Assembly (NCBI RefSeq): GCF_032191835.1 | Contig: NC_083237.1 | Span: 17,918,001-17,982,000 of the forward strand | DNA: 64,000 bases | Direction: 5' to 3' | Origin: Heteronotia binoei | Taxonomy: Eukaryota | Part shown: positions 1 to 11,108 of the stretch, piece after piece | How the letters are laid out: each line of letters starts with the position of its first letter | Numbering within the stretch: position 1 is the first letter of the stretch | Translations under genes and position numbers: made by a program | The notes under the pieces: generated by a model | What the model was told of the DNA's origin: nothing | Databases searched by the model: none | What the model saw: the letters and a program-made list of their open reading frames with translations, nothing else

Positions 1-100
1 CACCAGTAATCTGACTCAGAATAAAAGAGGCCTTACAGATGTTCAGAATTTAGGATTTTGTAAACCAAAAACCTCATAACAATGAGGAGCCACTGAGCCA

Positions 101-379
101 GAAAGAAGAAGACTGCAGAGTTATACCCCACCCTTCTCCCTGATTCAGAGTCTCAGAGTGGTTTACAATCTTCTATATCTCCTTCCCCCACAACAGACAC
201 CCTGTGAGGTGGGCGGGGCTGAGAGGACTCTCACAGCAGCTGCCCTTTCAAGGCCAATTCCTGCGAGAGCTATGGCTGACCCAAGACCATTCCAGCAGCT
301 GTAAGTGGAAGAGTGGGGAATCAAACCCGGTTCTCCCAGATAAGAGTCCATACACTTAACCAATGCACCAAACTGGCTC
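101..379 (-). mobile_element. tRNA-derived CORE SINE (Squam3-like)
   Basis: Reverse complement has a tRNA-like head, cagggtgtctgttgtgggg core and (CTT)n tail. Confidence 0.75.
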
Positions 380-659
380 CCTCTGGTTCTCGGGTGAATG
401 TCCTTCCTAAATCCCAACTCAAAAATATAGCTTCTGATGAACATCACAATTGGAAGTGGAACAAGTGTGTGAAGACTTCTAGTCGTTCTTTTTGTAAGTT
501 CACAAGTCTCTTGTTCAAGGGCAGAGTATGTCAGGGCCATGATCCGTCTGTGTGGGGCCATGCCTGGAGACTGGCTGGTGGTCTCTTGGTGGAACTAGGG
601 CTGAAGCACCATGGGGGAAAAATATTTTGTCTGTCTCTTAGAATTTACGTTAGGTCTTT

Positions 660-1589
660 TCAAGCAATAGGTCTACGTCTGCTCAACAGCCTCCTCATGG
701 CTTGTTTGATCTCCTTGTTCCTCAAAGTGTAGATCATGGGGTTCATCAAGGGGAAGACCATAGTGTGGAATACAGCCACGACCTTGTCAAAAGGAAATTC
801 CAAGAAAGGATGGCAATAGATGTAGACGGCAGGACCGAACATAATGACCACGATGATCATGTGGGTGATGCAAGTGGAGGCAGCTTTGCTCTTCCCTTGG
901 CTTGAGCCTGTCCTCACCTTGACCAGTAAGATCCCATAGGAGATGATAAGAAGGATGAAGCCGATGAGGGTGGAAATGCCACTGTTCACAAACATGAAGA
1001 GCTCCAGAGCGTAGGTGTCCGTGCAAGCCAATTTGACGAGCTGGGTGATATCACAGAAGAAATTGTCCAGCTTGTTAGGGCCGCAGAAAGGGATGGGGAC
1101 AATAAGGATGACTTGGACAATGGAGTGCACAAATCCTAAGAACCAGGATCCTGCCACCATGGAGCTGCAGACTGGTCTGCTCACTACACTTGAGTAATGC
1201 AAGGGGTGGCAAATGGCCATGTACCGATCGACAGCCATGGCAATGAGAAGGAAGACTTCAGATCCTCCGAGCAAATGGAGGAAGAAGAGCTGGGCCATGC
1301 AGCCCTTGTAGGAGATGGTCTTGTGGCGGGAGAAGAAGTCGGCCAGCATCTTGGGAGGGGTGACGGAGCAGTAGCAGATATCCAGGAAGGCTAAGTTGGC
1401 CAAGAAGAAGTACATGGGGGAGGCCAAGCGAGGGTCTCTCCGGATGGTCAAGATGATGAGGACATTTGCCGGCAGGACCAACGAGTAGAAGACGAGGAAC
1501 AGGACAAAGAGGAGGAGCTGGACTCCTCTGGCCTGGGAGAGGCCCAGCAGTACAAACTCCTTCACCACAGACTCGTTCCCTTGCTGCAT
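660..1589 (-). CDS. Olfactory receptor family 4, OR4N/OR4M-like (A1), 309 aa
   Basis: OR motifs N-x-S (NES), [50 protein letters not shown]. Start set at MQQGN (1589); the ORF track's 11 extra residues cross a splice acceptor. Confidence 0.96.
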   Translation of the reverse strand: MQQGNESVVKEFVLLGLSQARGVQLLLFVLFLVFYSLVLPANVLIILTIRRDPRLASPMYFFLANLAFLDICYCSVTPPKMLADFFSRHKTISYKGCMAQLFFLHLLGGSEVFLLIAMAVDRYMAICHPLHYSSVVSRPVCSSMVAGSWFLGFVHSIVQVILIVPIPFCGPNKLDNFFCDITQLVKLACTDTYALELFMFVNSGISTLIGFILLIISYGILLVKVRTGSSQGKSKAASTCITHMIIVVIMFGPAVYIYCHPFLEFPFDKVVAVFHTMVFPLMNPMIYTLRNKEIKQAMRRLLSRRRPIA

Positions 1590-1789
1590 ACCTGTTGTGG
1601 ATCCTCCCTGCAGAAAACACATACGGCTGCAAAAAGGAGTAACTGATCTTATTGCAAAACATAATATACTTTAAATATAGTGTAGTCTAAGCTTCCCTGA
1701 GGATTAAGATAGGCCAGGGGTCTTCAGGTTTACTCGTCTGTCCCATAAGAAGAGGGGGAAAAAAATGGACTTCTGGAGGAGGAAATTTT

Positions 1790-2100
1790 TGTTTGTTTGT
1801 TTGTCTGTTTATTTATCAGATTTATATCCCACCCTCCCCTGACAGGCTCAGAGCTGCTAACAAGAGTTAAAAAAAACATTAACAATTAACAAACATAGAG
1901 TATTAACAATAAAATATATAATAAACATTTTCATCCATATTAACAATCATCCATCCATTCGTTAAAAGTCCAAGATGGCAAATTTCTAATTTCCATTATA
2001 TTAGTTCAGTGAGATTGTTGGTGCTGTAAGGTAATAGTCCCCTCCCCCTAACAGTTGAAGGCGAGTCTGAATAACTCAGTCTTACAGAAGTGTTGGACTT
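1790..2100 (-). mobile_element. L2-like LINE 3' end
   Basis: Reverse of the shared tail gagccgccctgagcc..gggcgggatataaat with AT-rich terminus. Confidence 0.6.
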
Positions 2101-2154
2101 CATGAAGCAGAGAAAATGTTGCCTTTTGCTGTTGGCTTAACTTATCTCATGGAT

Positions 2155-2365
2155 TGCCAGCTCTGGTTTGGGAGATTCCTGGAGATTTGGGAGTAGAGTC
2201 TGGAGAGGACAGAGTTTGGGGAGCGGAGGGACCCAATGGGGTATAATGCCATAGAGGCCACCCTCCAAAGTAACCATTTTCTCTAAAGGAATTGATTTAT
2301 GTAGTCTGGAGGTCAGTTGTGATTACAGAAGACTTCCAGTTCCAACTTGGAGGCCGACAATCCTT
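2155..2365. mobile_element. Degenerate MITE of the TAGGGTTGCCA-TIR hAT family
   Basis: Internal motifs ggagatttggg, tataatgccatagag.ccaccctccaaag shared with other copies. Confidence 0.55.
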
Positions 2366-2485
2366 CTGACCTCAGGTAGTTACTGAGAATAGTAAAGTGG
2401 GATAGGCTGCTGCCAACTTCCTAAGCTCTTTGAATGTCAGGCAAGGTGGCATCTCTTGATAGATAGAATACTAGAAGCTTCAGTC

Positions 2486-3045
2486 CCAGGGTGGCCAAAC
2501 TTGCCTTAATATAAGAACCACATAGAATAAATGACAGATGTTTGAGAGCCGGAAAGAAGGAAAGAAGAGGAGGAGGAGAAAAGGAACAAGAAAAAGATTA
2601 TAATGAATTTATACCCCATCCTATACTCTGAAACTCAGAGTGGCTCACAATCTCCTCTACCTTCCTCCCCCACAACAAATACCCTGTGAGGTAGGTGGGG
2701 CTGAGAGCACTCTCCCAGAAGCTGCCCTTTCAAGGACAACTCCTACGATAGCTATGACTGACCCAAGGCCTTTCCAGCAGGTGCAAGTGGAGGAGTGGGG
2801 AAACAAACCCGGTTCTCCAAGATAAGAGTCCACACACTTAACCACTACACCAAACTGCACAAACGGAAGGGAGGGAGGAAGGAAGATGGGGGGAGGGAGA
2901 GGGAGAAAGAAAGCAACTTTAACATTAAATGCATTCTCCAAACTGCTGACTGGCTTGGTTCGGAGAAGTGATTTAAAGAGAGAAATGCCTTCTCCAAGCA
3001 GGCTGCTGTGGCGGTGGGGGCTTTGAGAGCCACACCATACGTGTG
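2486..3045. mobile_element. Non-autonomous hAT element interrupted by a Squam3-like SINE (about 2565-2856)
   Basis: gggtggccaaacttg terminus and internal sequence match 35356-35691. Confidence 0.65.
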
Positions 3046-3435
3046 AAACAGACTCAGACAGGTGATCTGTTCTACAAAGCACCAAATGACAGCTGGCAAT
3101 CCGACCTCACATCCTATGCTTATACCTGGTACAAATACAAAATTTCCTCTTCACCATTCAATGTCCAACTCCCCAGCCTACCCTGTAGAGAAAATATGGC
3201 CAGCCTGAGCAAACCTGGCTGTTGCAATGTCTTCCACAGAACTATTCACATTCCCAGGAGGCAACAATTCCTCTGATCTCATACTTATTTTTAGAAGAGC
3301 ATTTGTGGTTTAGAAACTTTCCAGTTCAAAAGCCAGCGGCAGCTGACAATCTCCCTCCACTCAGCCAACATTCTCCCCCTGGTTCAAGGTGCATTTTTCA
3401 AGAACACCATTGCCCTCATCACATTTGAACAAGCC

Positions 3436-3600
3436 CTTGTGCTCTGACCTGGACAGCCCAGGTTAACCCAGTTTCATCAGATCTTGGAAGCTAAGCAGGG
3501 TTGGCCCTGGTTAATACTTGGGTGGGAGACCTCCAAGGAAACCCAGGGTCTCTATGCAGAGGCAGGCGATGGCAAAGCCACCTCTGAGCACCTCTTAGCT
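3436..3600 (+). mobile_element. 5S rRNA-derived SINE (SINE3, 5S-Sauria-like)
   Basis: tcagatcttggaagctaagcagggttggccctggttaatacttgggtgggagacc matches the 5S internal control region; followed by a Sauria-like ggcaaagccacctctg tail. Confidence 0.7.
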
Positions 3601-3693
3601 CAGAGAGACCCTGCATAGAGACCCTGGGTTTCCTTGGAGGTCTCCCACCCAAGTATTAACCAGGGCCAACCCTGCTTAGCTTCCATGATCTGA
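3477..3693. repeat. 83-bp inverted repeat, one mismatch, 51-nt spacer
   Basis: Arms 3477-3559 and 3611-3693 compared base by base. Confidence 0.93.
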
Positions 3694-3724
3694 AGCTTCC
3701 AAGAGGTGCTCTTAGCTTCCAAGA

Positions 3725-4110
3725 TCTGAAGGCCACCCGGGATCGGGCCTTCTCTGTCGTCGCTCCATTATTGTGGAACCAACTCCCCGAGGAGATGAGG
3801 GCCCTAAGATGTTTAGATGAATTTCGTAGGGCCTGTAAGACCCACCTTTTCAAGGTGGCCTTCAACTAGCGATAGAATCAGTAATAAAGCTAGGTATGCT
3901 GCTGGAAATGTTTTTATTATCTGATGTTACGAAATCTAATGTTTACAACGCCATATTGTTATGTTAATTTTAATAATTTATAACTGTTTTAACCATGTTT
4001 TTATAACGTAAACTGATGTAATGTGTATTTTATGCTGTGAGCCGCCCTGAGCCTGCTTTGGCGGGGAGGGCGGGATAGAAATAAAAAATTATTATTATTA
4101 TTATTATTAT
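3725..4110 (+). mobile_element. L2-like LINE 3' end with (ATT)n tail
   Basis: Encodes RAFSVVAPLLWNQLPEEMR..FRRACKTHLFKVAF; shared gagccgccctgagcc tail. Confidence 0.75.
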
Positions 4111-4115
4111 TGTCT

Positions 4116-4385
4116 TGAAGAAGAAGACGACGACTGCAGATTTATACCCCGCCCATCTCTCTGAATCAGAGTCTCAGAGTGGCTCACAATCTCCTTTACC
4201 TTCTTCCCCCTGCGAGGTGGGTGGGGCTGAGAGCGCTCTCCCAGAAGCTACCCTTTCAAGGACAACTCCTACAAGAGCTATGGCTGACCCAAGGCCATTC
4301 CAGCAGTTGCAGGTGGAGGAGTGGGGAATCAAACCCGGTTCTCCCGGACAAGAGTCCGCACACTTAACCACTACACCAAATTGGT
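4116..4385 (-). mobile_element. Squam3-like SINE
   Basis: Same consensus as 101-379. Confidence 0.75.
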
Positions 4386-4712
4386 TCTCTTCATATCCTC
4401 ATGGCTAGGACTTGGTGGAACTTTCTACCATGTGGTTTGTAGGAGAAAAGGAAATTTAAGGAACAATTATTTCTTTTAGGGAGGTGTTGATCATGGGTTG
4501 CTAAGAGCTTCTGAACTCAATGTCGATTCCCCTCCAGTGCATTCTCACACATTTCCTATGCGTGCCTATTAGAAAACCCCTGAGTTCCCATTCATTCCTT
4601 CAGCACCCCACCTGCCCGACACACAGAGACACACTTTTTGCATCCCCTCATCTTACCTGGTCCTCTGCTCATTGTCACCCACTCTACACTACCCAAGATC
4701 AGCTGACTTGGT

Positions 4713-4770
4713 CCATTTCTCCAGACATTTTCTCAAAAGATGGTTTTTGAGAAAATGTCTGGAGAAATGG
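4713..4770. repeat. Perfect 26-bp inverted repeat with 6-nt loop
   Basis: ccatttctccagacattttctcaaaa-gatggt-ttttgagaaaatgtctggagaaatgg. Confidence 0.95.
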
Positions 4771-5299
4771 GTGTGTAGAAGTGATGCTTGGAGAGCAAAT
4801 AGTAAGATTGTTATCGGCTCGCGAAAAAGCTTTGCATAGTGGAACGTGGATCTTCTAGCTGGCAACCACGTGAAGGAAAATGACCCTTTGGAGCCAAATC
4901 CTGGATATTGACTCCTCTTTGTGGATTGAACTTTGGACCTTCTGTGGCTTTTGCTAAAGAAGAAAAAATTGAGGAGTCATACAGCAAGAACTTTATGTTG
5001 CTTTAAGAGACACTGGACTTTGGGAATTATCTGTCTGAAATTTGTTATATGTCTTTTGTATTTGTAGTGTAAATTTAATAGAAAAATTATTGTAGTGAAA
5101 ATTATTATAGTTTTGTTTTTGGGCGCAGTTGTTTTTTCTAAGTTAACATGATGGCAGAACCATTAGGAGAGACTTCCTAATGATAACAGCAGCACTTTAA
5201 AAACAGAACCAATTACCTGGAGCGAGTCGAGATGTCTTTCAACAGAGATGGGACAGCTATCTGTTGGGGAGAGCTCTGGTTTTCCTGCTTGGGAAACAG

Positions 5300-5630
5300 G
5301 GGCCACAGATCAGTGGTAGAGCATCTGCTTTGCATGCAGAAGGACCCCGGTTGAAAGGACTAGGCAGTAGCTGATAGCAAAGACCTCTATTTGAAACCTT
5401 GGGGAGCCACTAGGTGAATCTCTAGGCAAATAGGTGTGAAAAACCTCAGCTTGAGACCCTGGAGAGCCACTGCCAGTCTGAGTGGACAAAACTGACTTTG
5501 ATGGACCGAGGGTCGATTCAGTAGAAGGCAGCTTCATATGTTCATTTACACTGCTAGTCTGGGTAGACAATACATACCTTGATGGACCAGTGGTTTGATT
5601 CAGTATAAGGAAACTTGGTGCAAGTTCAAT
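5300..5630 (+). mobile_element. tRNA-derived SINE (second family)
   Basis: cagtggtagagcatctgctttgcatgcagaagg head; body shared with 35925-36130 and 41395-41600. Confidence 0.75.
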
Positions 5631-5769
5631 GGAGGCTGTGAAGGCCCCTTCCAGTACTTGGAATGTATGTCAGACAGAGAGGGAACGATGAGGGAATTTT
5701 GATGGTGCAACTTGCCATATAGGGCTGGGAAAAGCTGCTTTTGACCCACGATTTACAAAACACAAGTGC

Positions 5770-6420
5770 CCTGTTCTCTCTGGCATCTGGTGACTTAAGT
5801 AGGAGAGGCTGCAGGAGATCTCTCCCCCACCCCCGTTCATTGTGGAACTAAAGTCTTCTGAATGAGGACCAAGCAATAGCAAAACTCAATGTGGGAAGCA
5901 GAGCATTACATCCCCATTGGGTAAGGATGGGTTTGAGGAGAACCCGTCATGGAAAAGGAAAGGGACACTTAAAGAGGACCCTTTGCAGAGAGAATTTTTT
6001 AAAAAAAAATGCATTGCCAGAAAAGGACACTGTGGCTGCAATCACTCACACGAGATAATGCACTTTCAATCCACTTTCAAAGCACTTTCCAATTGGATTT
6101 TGGCAGTTCACACAAGTAAAATCCAGTTGGAAAGTGCATTGAAAGTGCATTATTTAGTGTGTGTGATCACAGCCTGTGATACATTTCTAAATCAATGTGT
6201 GCTCTTAAGGAGAAATATAATAGGTTACACAGGGTGTCAGAAAATTGTCCCCGGGTATCAGAACAGTCTTTGCTGATAATTCAAAACACTCAGATCTTGG
6301 AGAACAGGAAGATAATACTTGGTTTCAGTGAAGGTTTTAGGAAGGTTTTAATTGCCGCAGTTCAAATCACACACACTTCTAAATGCCCGGTGGACTTTAG
6401 ACCATCAGTGAGAAGGGAAG
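5770..6420. other. Conserved paralogous non-coding block in the putative A1 intron, homologous to 27540-28060
   Basis: Shared runs such as aagtcttctgaa..gaccaagcaa, cctttgcagaga, aaatcaatgtgt, ggagaaa..taatagg. Confidence 0.6.
6034..6174. mobile_element. Palindromic MITE (PIF/Harbinger-like)
   Basis: TIR ggctgcaatcac../gtgatcacagcc, 3-bp TSD TGT; further copies at 12994-13144 and about 23323-23457. Confidence 0.65.
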
Positions 6421-6439
6421 AACGTGAAGCCAGTATCAG

Positions 6440-6840
6440 AAGATTAGAAAGACTGACCTACCCTTCAGTGCATTGGTGGGAAGAGAGAGACCCTCCACTA
6501 GCAACGACTGTTCTTGCCATCCCAACAATTAAATCACGTTGAGGGAAAGCCCTTCCGGAGGAGAATGGACTTGCTTCATTGCTGGCCCTGGTAAGAAGTC
6601 CAGACCCAGAATTTGGAGACCTTGTTAAGGAAGCTGGCAGTTGAAATTGCAAAGGGCAAACACATCCCATGGTGTTTGTGTGTGTGTGTAAAGGAACAGA
6701 ATGACAACAGGTACTCTGGCTTTTCCCGGTGGAGGGTGGCATGACTCATTTGTCCGTAACATCTGCAATATGATTCCCCCCCCCCATCCTTCTAGTGAGT
6801 TCATGAGAAATCAGGAATTTGGACTCCAGCTTCTACTCTG
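6440..6840 (-). promoter_or_regulatory. Putative promoter and non-coding exon 1 of A1
   Basis: Non-repeat block homologous to 17318-17694 and 28080-28270; degenerate composite at about 6610-6635; GTAGGT donor at 6461-6456. Confidence 0.6.
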
Positions 6841-6844
6841 CTAT

Positions 6845-8275
6845 TTTCTTTTTCTTTTCTTTTCTTTCAAATTTAAAGTTTTATTTCAATACAACAACAT
6901 AACAACATAAGTAACAACAAATAACAACAAATACATAAATCAACATATAAACACAACAGAAAAACTACATACACACCTCACAAAACACTCTCCCATTCAC
7001 ACAAGGAGTGTTCAGGGGTTTGTCAATTCAAATTCTATTATTCCAACACAAGACCTTTACTTTTGACCCAAGTATACATAGGATCCCATGCCTCTTTACA
7101 TTTTTGTAGGTTACCATCATGCAATCTTGTGGACAATATATCTAATTCAGCAGCCTCTAATAGTTTGGATACGAATTCCTCCCTATTAGGTATCTTGGAC
7201 ATCTTCCAGTATTTTGCATATAGTATTCTTGCAATCGTAACTATATGCAGCAATAATTTTATCATTGCTTTGGGGATATTTTCTCTACAGATACTTAAAA
7301 GATATAACTCAGGTGAATGACGAATTCTTATTTTTAAATTTTTTTGAGACCATACATTAATCTGGACCCAGAATTTTTTGGCATATTCACATTGCCACCG
7401 TATGTGGAATAACAATCCCTTTTTTTCTTGCATTTCCAGCACTCATTCGAGTAATTCGGATATATATTGGCTAGTCTTTCTGGAGTGAGGTACCAATGGT
7501 ACATCATCTTATATAGGTTCTCTTTGAAAACCGCTGACTTTGTTAATTTTAAATTTTGCTTCCATACTTTTTCCCACTCCACCAAATCTATGTTAAAACC
7601 AAAATCTTTTAGCCATTTTTTCCAGCTCTCTTTCACGATCTCTCCTTGCATTTTAGTTTGAAGTAACCATTCATAAGCTTTCGAGATAATTTTCTGATTG
7701 GTTTGTATTACTAAGTCAAGGTCATTTAGCTTTTTGGGGAAACCTTTTTCTTTATCGATTTGGTATCTCGGTTTCACCTGACATTTTACCCACCAATCTA
7801 ATTTTACAATATCTTCTAATTTCAAGATGTTTTGATTATCTAATAAATTTTCATAATTGTACTGGTTTTCCCAGTCATACAAGTTTGGATGTGTGGAAGC
7901 CTCTATTGGAGACAACCATAATGGTGTATAAGAGTAGTTTTCCTTAATTTCCAACCAAACTCTAAACAATGACTTCCTTATTTCATGTCTTAAAAAAGAA
8001 CTGGTTTTTGAAGGATTATGATACCAAATGTAATTATGCCAGCCTTCTCCTAGTCCTGCTCCTTCAAGGACTAGTAATCTTTTGTTCTCCAGCGTGAGCC
8101 ATTCTTTTAGCCATGCTATACAGCAGGCCTTATAATACAAGTTCCATTCCAGTAATGCTAGTCCCCCTCTTAATTTGCTATCCTGTAATACTTTTAGCTT
8201 TATCCTGGGCTTCTTGCCCTGCCAGATGAATACCATAATCTACTCTGCTATTTTCCAGACCGCACCAGGTCTCTT
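6845..8275 (-). mobile_element. L1/Tx1-clade LINE, 5'-truncated ORF2 3' part
   Basis: ORFs 7334-8236 and 7038-7442: LRGGLALL.W.LYYKA, WYLTPERL..CWKC..HMWWQC-like zinc knuckle, AWDPMY; frameshifted. Confidence 0.85.
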
Positions 8276-8304
8276 GAAATAATAACAATTTCTTGCCATT
8301 TGAG

Positions 8305-8602
8305 GTGGATGAGAGGTGATATGATCACCATCTTCAAGTACTTAAAGGGCTGCATATAGAGGATGGTGCAGAATTGTTTTCTGTGGCCCCAGAAGGTCGG
8401 ACCAGAACCAATGGGTTGAAATTATATCAGAAGAGTTTCTGGCTCGACATTAGAAAGGACTTCCTGACAGTTAGAGTGGTTCCTCAGTGGAACCATGGGA
8501 GGTGGTGGGCTCTCCTTCCTTGGAGCCATCTGGCCATCTGACAGCAATGCTGATCCTGTGAACATAGGGGGAAGTACTTGTGAATTTCCTGCATTATGCC
8601 AG
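8305..8602 (+). mobile_element. CR1 LINE 3' end
   Basis: RGDMITIFKYLKG..GRTRTNGLKL..FLTVR consensus. Confidence 0.8.
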
Positions 8603-8934
8603 TTTCCTGCTGGGTGTTGGCAATCTCCCACCCCTATTTCCTGTCAGCCTTCTGATTGCTGGTGTGAAGGGAAACAATTTTAAAAATGCCATCAGATAAC
8701 AGTGTGATGTCACTTCCAAGGAAAAACCCTGAAGTCAATCCTCTTTAGGAATCAGCAAAAATGCTGTGGTTTTACAACAGAGTTCCCAGCAATTCCTAGA
8801 AAGTCATGATGCCACTTCTGGGTTTTCCCTGAAGGGATGTTACACCACTGATGATCATGATTTCTTTTTTCTTTTCTGTCATTGGTCTCTGGACTACCAG
8901 CAGGCTTGTGGCAGCCTGAACTAGGCCTGATATA

Positions 8935-9117
8935 CAGGGCATTTTTGTACCAGGAACTCCTTTGCATATTAGGCCACACCCCCTGATGTAGCCGGTCCTC
9001 CAAGAGCTTACAGTAGGCCCTGGAATAAGAGCCCTGTAAACTCTTGGGAGGATTGGCTACATCAAGGGTATGTGGCCTAATATGCAAAGGAGTTCCTGCT
9101 ACAAAAAAAAAGCCCTA
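8935..9117. mobile_element. Palindromic hAT MITE (CAGGGCTTTTT TIR)
   Basis: 8-bp TSD CTGATATA. Confidence 0.85.
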
Positions 9118-9470
9118 CTGATATATATATATATGGAAATCTCTGGCCCTGGATTTTTCACTCAAGGACCCTGATTTAAAAGTAGCATTGCTTCTCTACA
9201 GATGTGGCCTGGCATTGTCCAAGAGTTACAGCTGGTCTCCAGATTGCAGACAGATATTAATGACCACAGTAAAAAATGGCTGCTTTGGAAGCAGACTCTA
9301 AAGCATCACATCTCTGTTAACCTCTCTTCTCTCCTCAGCCTCCACCCACCCCAGGATCCACCTCCAAATCTCCAGGAATTTCACAACCCAGCATTGACAA
9401 CTGTAGTGAAAGGGGATGATTACACTCAGACCATGCAAGGACCATAATGTGGTTGTGTGGAACTCTTCGA

Positions 9471-9756
9471 GAGCCAGTTTGATGTAGTGGTTAAGTGTGC
9501 GGACTCTTATCTTGGAGAACTGGGTCTGATTCCCCACTCCTCCACCTGCAGCTTTTGGAATGGTCTTGGGTCAGCCATAGTTCTTGCAGAGCTGTCCTTG
9601 AAAGTGCAGCTTCTGGGAGAGCTCTCAACCCCACCCACCTCACAGGGTGTCTGTTGTGGGGGAAGAAGATAAAGGAGATTGTAAGCTGCTCTGAAACTCT
9701 GATTCAGAGAGAAGGGTGGGGTATAAATCTACAGTCTTCTTCTTCTTCTTCTTCTT
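9471..9756 (+). mobile_element. Squam3-like SINE, full length
   Basis: gagccagtttgatgtagtggttaag head; (CTT)n tail. Confidence 0.78.
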
Positions 9757-10028
9757 GACTCAAGGCTTGGAAGGTGTGTTCTCCCACAGGAACACTGACA
9801 GCATCTGGTGGAATACCTGTTGAAGCACAACAACAGAAGATATTTCTCTGCTGAAAATGGCCAAGCAGAACTCTGGTCTCCTAGCATTTACACAAGGGGT
9901 CTCTGTTTGCTCAGTATCCTCTCTCAAGGATACTGATGGCATCTGGTGGAATTTGAGGCTGAAGCACAAGTCTCTGCTGAGAATGCCCAAGCAGAACTCT
10001 GGTCACCTAGAACTGGCACTATAGCTCA

Positions 10029-10958
10029 TCAACTCCTAGGTCTACATTTGCTCAACAGTCTCCACATGGCTTGTTTGATCTCTCTGTTCCTCAGAGTGTA
10101 GATCATGGGGTTCATCAAGGGGAAGACCACAGTGTGGAGAACAGCCATGACCTTGTCAAAAGGAAATTCCATGAACGGACGACAATAGATGTAGATGGCA
10201 GGTCCAAACATGATGACCACCATGATGATATGGGTGATACAAGTGGAGGCAGCTTTGCTCTTCCCTTGGCTCAAGCCTGTCCTCACCTTGACCAGCAGGA
10301 TCCCATAGGAGACAAGGAGGAGGATGAAACAGATCAGGATGGAAATGCCACTGTTCACAAACATGAAGAGTTCCACAGTGTAGGTGTCCGTGCAAGCCAA
10401 TTTGACAATCTGGGTAATGTCACAGAAGAAACTATCCACTTTGTTGGGGCCACAAAATGGGAGAGGGACAATCAAGATGACTTGGATAATGGAGTGCATG
10501 AATCCCACACACCAGGATCCCACCACCATGACGCTGCAGGTTGGTTTGCTCATTACATTTGAGTAATTCAGTGGGCGGCAAATGGCCACGTACCGATCGA
10601 TGGCCATGCTAATGAGAAGGGAGATTTCAGCTCCTCCGAGAAAATGGAGGAAGAAGAGCTGGGCCATGCAGCCCTTGTAGGAGATGGTCTTGTGGCGGGA
10701 GAAGAAGTCGGCCAGCATCTTGGGAGGGGTGACGGAGCAGTAGCAGATATCCAGGAAGGCTAAGTTGGCCAAGAAGAAGTACATGGGGGCACCCAAGTGA
10801 GGGTCACTCCGGATGGTCAAGATGATGAGGACGTTTGCTGGCAAGACCAATGAGTAGAAGACGAGGAACAGGATAAAAAGGAGAAGTTGGACTTCTCTTG
10901 CCTGGGAGAGGCCCAGCAGTACAAACTCCTTCACTGCAGACTGATTCCCTTGCTGCAT
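10029..10958 (-). CDS. Olfactory receptor family 4, OR4N/OR4M-like (A2), 309 aa
   Basis: Intact ORF with [36 protein letters not shown]; close paralogue of A1 and A3. Confidence 0.96.
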   Translation of the reverse strand: MQQGNQSAVKEFVLLGLSQAREVQLLLFILFLVFYSLVLPANVLIILTIRSDPHLGAPMYFFLANLAFLDICYCSVTPPKMLADFFSRHKTISYKGCMAQLFFLHFLGGAEISLLISMAIDRYVAICRPLNYSNVMSKPTCSVMVVGSWCVGFMHSIIQVILIVPLPFCGPNKVDSFFCDITQIVKLACTDTYTVELFMFVNSGISILICFILLLVSYGILLVKVRTGLSQGKSKAASTCITHIIMVVIMFGPAIYIYCRPFMEFPFDKVMAVLHTVVFPLMNPMIYTLRNREIKQAMWRLLSKCRPRS

Positions 10959-11108
10959 ACCTGTTGTGGAAACACATAGAGCTTCATGTAGGAGGAAGTC
11001 AATATAGTTAATATATTTAAAGTATGGAATAGTGCAAACAGGAGGAATTCAATATAGTTTAAAATATTTAGAGTAGTACACACTTTTCTGGAGAGGGATG
11101 GTTGCATG

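Noticed and set aside
163-561. Recurrent 60-140 aa ORFs containing VKCxDSYLGEPGLIPHSSTCSCWNGLG
   Set aside because: Translations of the Squam3-like SINE, not a gene family.
3477-3545. 5S rRNA gene
   Set aside because: Diverged, incomplete 5S match continuing into a SINE tail, with multiple decayed copies in the window.
7334-8236. 300-aa ORF as a host gene
   Set aside because: L1 ORF2 C-terminal region, 5'-truncated and frameshifted.
10071-10562. Plus-strand ORFs antisense to the ORs (also 702-905, 20115-20552, 50609-50992) and alternative-frame minus ORFs (787-1026, 10156-10395, 20200-20439, 40149-40526)
   Set aside because: Shadow ORFs arising from OR codon bias; they recur only because the ORs are paralogous and show no independent protein motifs.
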